Position numbers and translations under genes: made by a program. From Hydrurus foetidus (Eukaryota), in the NCBI GenBank assembly GCA_900617105.1, contig UYFQ01000001.1, positions 1,426,001 through 1,490,000 on the forward strand: DNA of 64,000 bases. Direction: 5' to 3'. The notes below the pieces were generated by a model that did not search any database, had not been told where the DNA came from, and worked only from the letters and a program-made list of their open reading frames with translations. This document shows, one piece after another, positions 50,434 through 59,267 of this stretch (position 1 is the first letter of the stretch; each line of letters starts with the position of its first letter).

Positions 50434-50736
50434 ATGAGCAAGATGTCGGCAATCGAAAAAGAGCAACTCCGCGTTGCAGCAGAGGATGCCTACGGGCCGT
50501 TCGGCGCTGAATACGTCGTCAAATTGATGGAGGCGAACCCAACTTTCGACCTCGCGGATGTCGTCGACGTGACTATGAATGCGCTAACGGCCAATGAGGA
50601 ATTCTTGGAAGCTGTTGTTGCGATACATGAATTGCGAAAAGCGCACCCGAGTCCTTCCGTTCAATTCGAGGTTCCAAGACGGGAGTTTAAATCTCGCGTC
50701 AAAGCGCTAAGCTTTGGATCGGATACAACAAAGTAG
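50434..50736 (+). CDS. Hypothetical protein (100 aa)
   Basis: AAGGAG RBS 16 bp after the sensor gene; terminator follows. Confidence 0.65.
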   Translation: MSKMSAIEKEQLRVAAEDAYGPFGAEYVVKLMEANPTFDLADVVDVTMNALTANEEFLEAVVAIHELRKAHPSPSVQFEVPRREFKSRVKALSFGSDTTK

Positions 50737-50753
50737 TCGGATATGGCAAGACG

Positions 50754-50778
50754 AAGGCCTCCATGCGAGGCCTTTTTT
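50754..50778 (+). terminator. Intrinsic terminator
   Basis: aaggcctc-catgc-gaggcctt then T-run. Confidence 0.7.
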
Positions 50779-50798
50779 CATTGCGTCGGCCGGTGGTG

Positions 50799-53024
50799 TC
50801 AATTCCTGCTTTGTTTCGCCTTGGCGCGCCAAGCGTGCAGCAAAGGCTCGGTGTAGCCATTGGGTTGCTCCATGCCTTTTAAAACCAGCTCGACGGCGGC
50901 CTGGTAAGCCAGGCTTGTATCGAAGTTTCCCGCCATCTGCTTGTATAGCGGGTCCTTGGCGTTTTGGCGATCGACGATCGATGCCATGCGCTCAAAAGCC
51001 TCGGTGACTTGCGCGTGGGTCACGATGCCATGGCGCAGCCAGTTGGCGATGTGTTGGCTGCTGATGCGCAGGGTCGCGCGGTCTTCCATCAGGCCGACAT
51101 TGTGGATGTCAGGAACCTTGGAGCATCCAATGCCTTGGTCCACCCAGCGCACGACATAGCCAAGAATGCCTTGGGCGTTGTTGTCGAGCTCTTGCTGGAT
51201 TTCATTCTGCGACCAGCAGGGTGTCTCCACAACCGGGATGGTAAGCAAGTCTGCAAGGATGCTTTCGCGAGCCGCTGCCGATCGCGCCTTCTGAATCTCG
51301 GCTTGGACGGCTGCGACATCGACCTGGTGATAGTGCAATGCGTGGAGCGTCGCGCCCGTGGGGCTCGGCACCCAAGCCGTGGTTGCGCCCGACTTCGGGT
51401 GCGCGATCTTTTGCCGCATCATGTCGGCCATCATGTCGGGCATCGCCCACATGCCCTTGCCGATTTGAGCCTTCCCGCGCATGCCGCAAGAGAGTCCGAC
51501 CAAAACATTGCTTTTCTCATAGGCTGCGATCCACGCGCTTGCCTTCATGTCCCCTTTGCGCAGAACCGGACCGGCCTGCATGCATGTGTGCATCTCATCG
51601 CCCGTGCGGTCAAGGAATCCCGTGTTGATGAATGCCAGGCGGTTCTTGGCCGCTGCGATGCAAGCTTTGAGGTTGGTGCTTGTCCTGCGCTCTTCGTCCA
51701 TGATCCCCAGTTTGACGGTGCCCAGGCGCAAGCCAAGGGCCGTTTCGACGCGCCCAAAGAGCTCGTCAGCAAAGGCGACTTCGGCGGGCCCGTGCATCTT
51801 TGGTTTGACGATGTAGATGGATCGCGCGAGGGAGTTGCGCGGCCCACTGCCCTTCTTCAAGTCGTGCATTCCAATGGCGGTTGTAACCATGGCATCCATG
51901 ATCCCTTCCGGGATTTCCATCGTCGACCCATCCGCCGCCTCGTAGAGGATGGCGGGGTTGGTCATCAAATGTCCAACATTGCGAATGAACATGAGCGATC
52001 GGCCTTGGAGCGCAATGTCTTTGCCCCCTCGCGCCGATTTGTAAACGCGATCCGGGTTTAGCGACCGCTCGACCATCTTGCCGTCCTGCCCAAAGGTGGC
52101 CGACAATGAACCTTGCATCAAACCGAGCCAGTTGGCGTAGGCCGCCACCTTATCCTCGGCATCGATGGCCGCCACAGAATCTTCAAGATCGAGAATCGTT
52201 GACAAGGCAGCTTCAACGATTACATCGCTGACCCCCGCGGCGTCCTGCATCCCTATGTCCGAAGACTCCGAATTGATTTGAATTTCCACATGGAGCGCGT
52301 TGTGGACCAGAAGAACAGCCGAGGGCTTTGCGGCCATGCCTTGGTAGCCGACAAACTGAACGGAGTTCGCAAGCGTGGTCGATTCCCCGCTGGCAAGCTC
52401 AACGACGAGCTCTCCCCCGACGATCGAATACCCGCATGATCCGACATGCGATCCGTATTTGAGTGGCGCCACTCGATCGAGCACATTGCGAGCATATTCG
52501 ACAACTAAGGCGCCGCGAGCGGGGTTATAAATCCTGCCGCGCCTCTCGCAACCACCGGCTTCGGCAATGACATCCGAGCCATAGAGCGCGTCATAGAGCG
52601 AACCCCAACGGGCGTTCGCGGCGTTGAGCGCATAGCGCGCATTCATCACCGGGACAACAAGCTGCGGCCCCGATTGTTTGCTCAGTTCCCTATCGACGCG
52701 CGTGGTCTGGACCTTGACGGTCTTCGGCCGATCAACGAGGTATCCGATCGAGCGCAAGAACTCTTTGTATGACGCCATGTCGGCAATCGGTCCGGGATGA
52801 GCCATGTGCCATGCATCAAGCTCGGACTGCAATCGGTCGCGTTCTTTGAGAAGAGCGATGTTGCGCGGCGCCATGTCGCCTACGATTGAATCAAAGCCAG
52901 ACCAAAATTCTGCGCTGGAAATTCCGATGCCAGGCAAAACATTGCTTTCGACGAAATCGAAGAGTTGCTTGTCGATGTGCAGCTTGTTTAGGACAATGCG
53001 AAGGGAAGACTTTGGCGAGTTCAT
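50799..53024 (-). CDS. glcB: Malate synthase G
   Basis: [71 protein letters not shown]. Confidence 0.97.
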   Translation of the reverse strand: MNSPKSSLRIVLNKLHIDKQLFDFVESNVLPGIGISSAEFWSGFDSIVGDMAPRNIALLKERDRLQSELDAWHMAHPGPIADMASYKEFLRSIGYLVDRPKTVKVQTTRVDRELSKQSGPQLVVPVMNARYALNAANARWGSLYDALYGSDVIAEAGGCERRGRIYNPARGALVVEYARNVLDRVAPLKYGSHVGSCGYSIVGGELVVELASGESTTLANSVQFVGYQGMAAKPSAVLLVHNALHVEIQINSESSDIGMQDAAGVSDVIVEAALSTILDLEDSVAAIDAEDKVAAYANWLGLMQGSLSATFGQDGKMVERSLNPDRVYKSARGGKDIALQGRSLMFIRNVGHLMTNPAILYEAADGSTMEIPEGIMDAMVTTAIGMHDLKKGSGPRNSLARSIYIVKPKMHGPAEVAFADELFGRVETALGLRLGTVKLGIMDEERRTSTNLKACIAAAKNRLAFINTGFLDRTGDEMHTCMQAGPVLRKGDMKASAWIAAYEKSNVLVGLSCGMRGKAQIGKGMWAMPDMMADMMRQKIAHPKSGATTAWVPSPTGATLHALHYHQVDVAAVQAEIQKARSAAARESILADLLTIPVVETPCWSQNEIQQELDNNAQGILGYVVRWVDQGIGCSKVPDIHNVGLMEDRATLRISSQHIANWLRHGIVTHAQVTEAFERMASIVDRQNAKDPLYKQMAGNFDTSLAYQAAVELVLKGMEQPNGYTEPLLHAWRAKAKQSRN

Positions 53025-53169
53025 GTCGGTCCTTTAAAGTGGTTTGTTGATTCACACTCTCAAAACCGCCGTCGACTCGCAAGGCTTTTTTGCTTACAAA
53101 ACAAATGATCCGCCAAGCGGTCGGCAGACGACCTTAAGGTTTTTGCAGGCGCCTCTAGACTTTCACCAA

Positions 53170-54066
53170 TCAATGGGCGACGCCAATGCGCTTGATCGCT
53201 ATGGCGCGGTATTCCGGGTCTTTCTCGAATCCGATAAAACGCCTCCCGGCTTTAAGGGCCGCAACTGCATGCGACCCCGAGCCTGAGAATGGGTCAAGCA
53301 TTACTTGACCTTCGGTGCTGAACAAGCGCAGCAAGTGTTCGATAAGGCTGACAGGCTTGACGGTCAGGTGTTCGTTCCCCTCCCCCTTCTCTGCAACGCC
53401 AGGCTTTGCCACTGGCATCAGGTTCCCGGGAAATTTATCGTCGAGGCGTGCAGTCGTATCGACAAGTCCAGTCCCGTGCGCGAACCAGTTTTCGGCAAAG
53501 GTGCCATCCTTCGGCTTTTGGGCAAGCACCATGGGTTCAATGCACGGGCGCAGTTGCGGGGTCTTGCGCCCCCCAATCGCCGCAATTCGCGCCGCCTTTT
53601 CGGCATCGGAGAGCGAGCCGTCTTTGCAGATGATGTGATCCAAGCCGAACGCTTTGGCTTGCCCTGAATAGGTCCACCCGAGCATGTCGCGCAGTTCAAA
53701 GCCGGAGTCCTCGACGGCAACCCCAAGGCGATGGTAGAGGCGCGCCTGCGAGAAGCAGATGAAAAACGCGCCAGGCTTTAGGACCCTGTAAACTTCGGGC
53801 GCGACCTTGCGCATAAACGCCTCGAAGGCAATGCCCTGTTTGGGGTCGAACTTCATGCCGACGGGCATGGACTTTATCACTCCCGCCTTCTTGGTTTTAT
53901 CGGCAAGCTTCGCCTTGCTCCACTGGTCCCCCATGCCATCAATAAAATACGGTGGATCGGTGATGCAGATGTCGATCGATTGGTCGGGTATGCGCTTCAT
54001 GCCGAGCAGGCAGTCCTCGCAAACAATCTGGTTCTCAAGGCCTGCCGGCAGCACGATCTTTTGCAT
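53170..54066 (-). CDS. Orphan N6-adenine/N4-cytosine DNA methyltransferase (beta class)
   Basis: ITDPPYF, HLTVKPV, LDPFSGSGS, FIGFEKD. Confidence 0.9.
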   Translation of the reverse strand: MQKIVLPAGLENQIVCEDCLLGMKRIPDQSIDICITDPPYFIDGMGDQWSKAKLADKTKKAGVIKSMPVGMKFDPKQGIAFEAFMRKVAPEVYRVLKPGAFFICFSQARLYHRLGVAVEDSGFELRDMLGWTYSGQAKAFGLDHIICKDGSLSDAEKAARIAAIGGRKTPQLRPCIEPMVLAQKPKDGTFAENWFAHGTGLVDTTARLDDKFPGNLMPVAKPGVAEKGEGNEHLTVKPVSLIEHLLRLFSTEGQVMLDPFSGSGSHAVAALKAGRRFIGFEKDPEYRAIAIKRIGVAH

Positions 54067-54190
54067 GGTGGTTGCCCCACTCTTTTTGTTTTTCTCCCTT
54101 TAAATTGCCGGGTGCGGCGGCGCATGGCAAGGCCATTGGTCGGTTTACGTCCGATCGTCGAAAGATAGGTTGCGCCAGGCGCGTGAACAG

Positions 54191-54472
54191 TTAAGTTCTT
54201 GCGTCTTCTTGCGATGACTCGCGCGCGTCTTCGCCCCCATCAACATGCTGCGCCAAGTTGGCAAAGAATGTCCTGATGGCCTCGTGCTTGCGAAGTTCGA
54301 CTGCGGCCTTGGCGAACAATTGCGCTGTGAGGGGATAGAAGTAGACGTCTGGCAAAGTTTCAAAGCGACTCTCACCGTTCTCGGTGATGGAGATGGCTGA
54401 AACAAAGCCTTCCGGGACCTCCAAGACCGCTGCCCGGAATTCAGGTATTGGTCTTATGGTTCGCGCGCCCAT
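54191..54472 (-). CDS. Hypothetical protein (93 aa)
   Basis: GGGGG RBS-like run; element-type promoter at 54504-54532. Confidence 0.55.
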   Translation of the reverse strand: MGARTIRPIPEFRAAVLEVPEGFVSAISITENGESRFETLPDVYFYPLTAQLFAKAAVELRKHEAIRTFFANLAQHVDGGEDARESSQEDART

Positions 54473-54552
54473 GTGGCCCCCGATGAAGGAAATGGATACA
54501 TTGACCATCGCAAAGGACTTGCGATGCGTCAACGCCATTGGTCGGTAACCGA

Positions 54553-55131
54553 CTAAATACGGATCGCGCGCGCCGAAGGCGCAACTCTTTCATCAACATG
54601 GGACGCAATCAGCGACGCCTCGCGCGCGGCAAACAACGACTCAACGGATTCATCGAATGGAACATAAAAGATGCTGTCCAAGATCGGCGACGGCTGCCGC
54701 GGATGAAGTCGCAGCGCCACGATTGTTTCCTCTTCATCCAGCCTGAAACGATCGAAGGATGAATGTGCGTTAAATGCGCGCCCCCAGTTTTTTTCGAGCG
54801 CATCGATGAGAGGCTTTTTGTATTCGCCGCTCATCTCGCGCCGAACGCTTGTCCAACGCCATCGCGCCAGCTCGCCATGGCCCGCGGGGCCGCAAAGCTG
54901 AACGCTGCCGCAGTCATACTCGTAAAGATCGATCATTCCATCGAACGAGCCCGTCGAAAACTGGTGGACGATCGGCGCCACCTCGGATTCAGGCGGGCCT
55001 TCCACCCACTCGACGGCAAGCCGTTCCCACTTTCTGATTTGAATGTTGAAATTCACACCGGGCCACGCCTCTTTGAGGCCCCGGGCCAACAGATTTTTTG
55101 TTTGAATTGGAGAGAATTTTTGGTCGGACAT
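54553..55131 (-). CDS. LPD29-like domain protein with C-terminal tail
   Basis: LKEAWPGVNFNI...VEWVEGPP...GSFDGMIDLYEY; AAGGAGG RBS; ends RAIRI. Confidence 0.7.
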   Translation of the reverse strand: MSDQKFSPIQTKNLLARGLKEAWPGVNFNIQIRKWERLAVEWVEGPPESEVAPIVHQFSTGSFDGMIDLYEYDCGSVQLCGPAGHGELARWRWTSVRREMSGEYKKPLIDALEKNWGRAFNAHSSFDRFRLDEEETIVALRLHPRQPSPILDSIFYVPFDESVESLFAAREASLIASHVDERVAPSARAIRI

Positions 55132-55253
55132 GGGAACCTCCTTTCAGCAATTTTTGAGAGAATGAAAGTGTGCCACCGATCGACTTTTGTATGTCAAAAA
55201 TCGATTTATCGCTTTGGTTTATGACGAAAATTGCGCGCTCGCCTATCCTAGGG

Positions 55254-56027
55254 TTAGACGTCTTTTCGTCCGCGCTTGACGGGGCCGACGGTTGCGATGC
55301 CGTTGATATCCGAAGGATAGGAGATGCGAACCGTTTCGCCCTTTTGCGGGAGCGGCGAAGGCAGCAAAGCCTTCTCGTGAACGATAAGGCTGCGTCCGCT
55401 CTTTTGGAATACGACGTGGGTGTCGTATCCGTAGATGGCGCCGCTGTAGGTCTGCCCTGCTGCGGCCCATCGTGCGCTTTTGCCTGTTCCCGCCAAAGCC
55501 TTGGCGGCCTTTGCCTCGTAGGCGGATACGCGGGGGCGCTCACGCAGAGGCTGCGGGGGTGTCTCGCGCTCATGCTCAAAATCCAGTGAAACCTTGGTGG
55601 CAGTGATCGTGACATTCAGTCGCTTGGCACCCATATCGATCGCCTTTTTCACGAAGTCAAGATTGATCGATTCCACGAAGTCATCGCCACCAAGAATCTG
55701 CCACGCGTCCCATCCGTCCTCCGGGGTCATGCCCTTGGCATAGACCACAAGGGAGCGCTGGCCAGTGGGGTCGGCCGGGTCCATTAGGCGCGGTGTGCCG
55801 GATGAGAGCAGGTAAACACCGTGATCTTTGGCAAGCTGGAGATGTGCCGGGATTTTGGAATAGTCGAGGTCTTCGGTCTTGGCCCATCCGCCAACGTGCG
55901 GTGTGATGCCCTCCTTCCAGTAGGCCGGGTCCGCCATCATGTTGTAAGTCGGCGAATGGGTCGCGCTGGCGAGAGCGTGGGCGACGATGGGTTTGAGGGC
56001 TTCGACATCAAAAACAAGTTTAGCCAT
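55254..56027 (-). CDS. DUF3085-like domain fused to KfrB-like domain
   Basis: LAKDHGVYLLS, VYAKG, GGDDFVESI; C-terminal GQTYSGAI...QKSGRSLIVHEK...GETVRISY. Confidence 0.7.
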   Translation of the reverse strand: MAKLVFDVEALKPIVAHALASATHSPTYNMMADPAYWKEGITPHVGGWAKTEDLDYSKIPAHLQLAKDHGVYLLSSGTPRLMDPADPTGQRSLVVYAKGMTPEDGWDAWQILGGDDFVESINLDFVKKAIDMGAKRLNVTITATKVSLDFEHERETPPQPLRERPRVSAYEAKAAKALAGTGKSARWAAAGQTYSGAIYGYDTHVVFQKSGRSLIVHEKALLPSPLPQKGETVRISYPSDINGIATVGPVKRGRKDV

Positions 56028-56077
56028 GGTGTTTCTCCTTAAGTTGGCGTGGTGGGTGGTTTGGCAATGGCTGCCGA

Positions 56078-56647
56078 TTAGCAGCAAGCGGCGTTTGTGA
56101 CCGTGTAGGTCGTGCCGGCAAATTCAAATTCGGTCATGTCTCCGCCAAGCTCGCAATCGCGGGCAAAGGCTGCGTAGTCGATGTAGTTGCGGACCGACTC
56201 GGGGATGTCCGACAAGTAGCATTCATCGAAAAGCTCTTCGGCTGCATCCTTGAGTTCGCCTTCGTAAATGCTGGGTTCGTCGATCTTCTCGATGGCCTGC
56301 TCGATCGAGCAATTGAGGACACTGGTCAAATAGAAAAATGCGGGCTTCTGGTGGTCGTCGATGGTCAACACCTCGTCGAAGAATTGCTCTAGGTTGGCTT
56401 GGTTCACGCCGCAAGCGTTAAAGAGATCAATCTCTTCGGCGTCGCCATCAATCACTTGAATTTCGAATTCCTCCACAGGGTTGCCAAAGCTGTCGCGCAA
56501 GGCCTCGGCCTTGGCTGTGTAGTCCTCATAGTCCGAGAAGTAGAAGCCGCGAGCATCAAGGCTGTAAGGCTGCGCAAAGCAAGAAAGCCCAGAAGACATA
56601 GGGAAATCGGTGGCTTTGCTGGAAGTTTGGTTTTGGGTGGTGTTCAT
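56078..56647 (-). CDS. ardA: Antirestriction protein ArdA (acidic DNA mimic)
   Basis: AQPYSLDARGFYF, VEEFEIQVIDGD, YIDYAAFARD; very acidic. Confidence 0.85.
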   Translation of the reverse strand: MNTTQNQTSSKATDFPMSSGLSCFAQPYSLDARGFYFSDYEDYTAKAEALRDSFGNPVEEFEIQVIDGDAEEIDLFNACGVNQANLEQFFDEVLTIDDHQKPAFFYLTSVLNCSIEQAIEKIDEPSIYEGELKDAAEELFDECYLSDIPESVRNYIDYAAFARDCELGGDMTEFEFAGTTYTVTNAACC

Positions 56648-56747
56648 GATTTGGTTCTCCGGTAGTTTGAAAAGTGATCCTCTCGTTCGAACCTCTTCGC
56701 TCCCTTTAGGGCGGGGGGCATGTCTTTAAGGAGTGCGAAAAAAACAA

Positions 56748-56850
56748 AAAACCGGCTTTCGCCAGTGTTCGGTTTGCATCCCCAAGTAAGTCCCCTTCGC
56801 TCAATCGTGAGGGGCTTACCTTGGGGTTTGAACATTGGCGATCCGGTTTT
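56748..56850. repeat. About 100-nt imperfect hairpin upstream of ardA
   Basis: Nested arms aaaaccgg/ccggtttt, tcgccagtgttc/gaacattggcga, ccccaag/cttgggg, gtaagtcccct/aggggcttac. Confidence 0.8.
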
Positions 56851-57143
56851 CAAGAGCTGCAACGACGCGGCATTCGAGCCCGTCGCCGTGCGAACGCCGC
56901 GCCACAAAGCGAAGCAACTGGCGCTGCTTTCGTCCAGCAGAGGGCTTGGGTTTTGTGCGTTCGGAAATCGCATGGCAAATGCCATGGGCTTGCCCTTGGC
57001 GTGCGACAGGCCCGAGCGGACCGTCTTTCAGGTGAGAGGCCCACGTAGGCTCCCGCAGCAAGCGATTTGAGCGCCTTTGGCATAGCCTTGGCGCGAGACT
57101 CGCCCTCTCAACCTCACAACGATGCAATCGTTGCGTCTTTTGA

Positions 57144-57344
57144 TTAGAAAAGCCAAATGGCGATCGCGATGGCGACCAGGGCAAATTGAGCTCCCAAAAG
57201 AATATTTGCAGAGCGGGGCGATACGCCCTGAGATGCCATTCCGTCCTCAAGGTCGAGCATCGCTTGATCGGCTCCGTCGTCGATCAGGTGCGACACAGAG
57301 CTTGCGCGCTTGGCCTTTGTTTTGTCAGTGGTGTCGTTGTTCAT
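57144..57344 (-). CDS. Small protein with C-terminal TM anchor
   Basis: AGGAG RBS; ends FALVAIAIAIWLF; element-type promoter at 57395-57423. Confidence 0.6.
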   Translation of the reverse strand: MNNDTTDKTKAKRASSVSHLIDDGADQAMLDLEDGMASQGVSPRSANILLGAQFALVAIAIAIWLF

Positions 57345-57562
57345 GGTGCTCTCCTGGTGGTTACTGGGCTTCAAGTTATCGAGCCCTCAAACCCACCCTC
57401 CCAAACCGTGGGACTGAAGTCCAGGTCTTTCACGTCGTTTTGTATTAAAAAAAGCGCGAACTGACCGGCGGTCGACAACTTGGGCCGGCAACCGACCGTC
57501 GGCATAGCAATCAAATGCAAACAGCGCCAAGCTGGATTTAGAAACTCCACCACGAGGCGCGC

Positions 57563-59200
57563 ATGTCCACACTTCCAAACCCCAAAACAACCGTCGCATC
57601 ACACGCAGGCCCCGCCATCGAGGCGGTGGAGCTTCGCGAGCGTCGGATAAAAAGACGACCTCAACAGCTAGACCCTAAGAGTCAAGAAGGCCGAGAGGAT
57701 GCGAAGCGCCGCAAATGGGCCTGGTTGACCATCGGCATCCTCCTGATGTCCACTGCACTTGCTGGATTGTTCAATGCGCGCGGCGCATACGATCGCCTTG
57801 ATGAAGCCCGCGAAAAGACAGCTCAACAGGTGCAGGTTTATTCAAAAATGGTGGCTGCCCATGATCGATTCGAGATCGCGATGGCAGACCAAATCATCAA
57901 AAGCTTGATCGATCACATCGACGACGGAATAGCCAACGGCGTCACCGAGGGCGACGCGCGCAAAGCCTTCGAGGCAGTGATGGCGGACCATCGCTCGCGC
58001 CTGCCTGGCATTGCTTCGTTCTCGATCATCGGCGCCGACGGCATCCGGCGCTTTGGCGTCGCGGGAAAGAATTTCACCGACCTAAACTCCCGCCCTTATT
58101 TCAAATATTTAAAAGCGGGCAAGGGTGAACTTTTTGTAAGCGCCGCTGAGGATGGACTGGCCTCTGGCAAGCAAGGCGTGCATGTCGCGCGCCGCCTATC
58201 CAAGCCTGATGGCTCGTTTGGCGGCGTTGTGGTGATAAATTTGGCGGTCGAGGATGTCTTCAAGCCCTACTACCAGTCGCTGGGATTAAAAGGAGACGTG
58301 CGCATTCAATTGCGCACCGACAACAAGCTGATCATGGAATTTCCAGAAGCGAAGCAAGCCACGCTTTCGGCGATCGCCAGCGACCTCATCAACAGTGGCA
58401 AGGCGAGTGGGTTGGTTGCGGAAAAACAAAATGGCGAGAAATGGGTTCAGGCCATTGAGCGCTTGCCCGACACGATGATTTTCGCCCAAGCAAGCATGTC
58501 GGAAGACGAAGCGTTAAAGGCTCCGATTGAAGGCGCATGGCAAGCAGCCCTGCTCTTTGCGGTTGCAGCTCTCGGCGCCGGCTTTGCGATCTTCTCGATG
58601 CGTTCGGCAATCAAGAGCGGCACAGCCCTCGCCATGGCTTATGTTTCAATGCGCCGCATGGCAACTCACGACAAGCTCACGGACTTGCCGAACCGTGCCT
58701 ATCTCGGGCAACACTTTGTTGAACGCTGCAAGGCGATCGTTGATCGCGGCGAGGTCGCAGGCGTAGTTTTCATCGACCTTGACAAGTTCAAGAGCGTCAA
58801 TGACACCTACGGTCACAAAGCGGGCGACGCCCTGCTCAAACAAGTGTCCGCCCGATTCATTGAAGCGTCAGGCGAAAATGCCCTGGTGGCTCGCCTGGCT
58901 GGCGACGAATTCATGATTTTGGCGAGCCTAGGAAAGGATTTAGGCGCTGCACGCGATGGAGAGGCGCAAGCCAAGGTTCTCTGCGAAGCCGTGCTTGAAC
59001 AAATGGGTGGGAAATTCGACCTTGGCTCGGCCATCATCAAAAGCGGCGCTTCGCTAGGGGTCGCCCGCTTTGGTCGCGATGGAAATGACTTGGACGCCCT
59101 ATCGAACAAGGCCGACAAAGCGATGTATCGGGCTAAGCAACAAGGACGAGGCCAGTTCGCAATCTACGACCCCGAAAAAGACGAAGACATCAATCATTGA
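57563..59200 (+). CDS. Sensor (Cache-like) diguanylate cyclase
   Basis: HDKLTDLPNR, FIDLDKFKSVNDTYGHKAGD, ARLAGDEF, ADKAMYRAKQQGR. Confidence 0.92.
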   Translation: MSTLPNPKTTVASHAGPAIEAVELRERRIKRRPQQLDPKSQEGREDAKRRKWAWLTIGILLMSTALAGLFNARGAYDRLDEAREKTAQQVQVYSKMVAAHDRFEIAMADQIIKSLIDHIDDGIANGVTEGDARKAFEAVMADHRSRLPGIASFSIIGADGIRRFGVAGKNFTDLNSRPYFKYLKAGKGELFVSAAEDGLASGKQGVHVARRLSKPDGSFGGVVVINLAVEDVFKPYYQSLGLKGDVRIQLRTDNKLIMEFPEAKQATLSAIASDLINSGKASGLVAEKQNGEKWVQAIERLPDTMIFAQASMSEDEALKAPIEGAWQAALLFAVAALGAGFAIFSMRSAIKSGTALAMAYVSMRRMATHDKLTDLPNRAYLGQHFVERCKAIVDRGEVAGVVFIDLDKFKSVNDTYGHKAGDALLKQVSARFIEASGENALVARLAGDEFMILASLGKDLGAARDGEAQAKVLCEAVLEQMGGKFDLGSAIIKSGASLGVARFGRDGNDLDALSNKADKAMYRAKQQGRGQFAIYDPEKDEDINH

Positions 59201-59216
59201 TCGGCCGCCAGAAAGC

Positions 59217-59247
59217 AACAAAGCCCGCCGCCAGCGGGCTTTGTTTT
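59217..59247. terminator. Terminator between convergent genes
   Basis: aacaaagcccgc-cgcca-gcgggctttgtt. Confidence 0.7.
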
Positions 59248-59267
59248 GAGGCGAAGCGTTGCTGGCA

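Noticed and set aside
57101..57130. Element-type promoter for ardA (TTGAGAGGGC on -)
   Set aside because: No TTG-type -35 at 17 bp and the last -10 base is C
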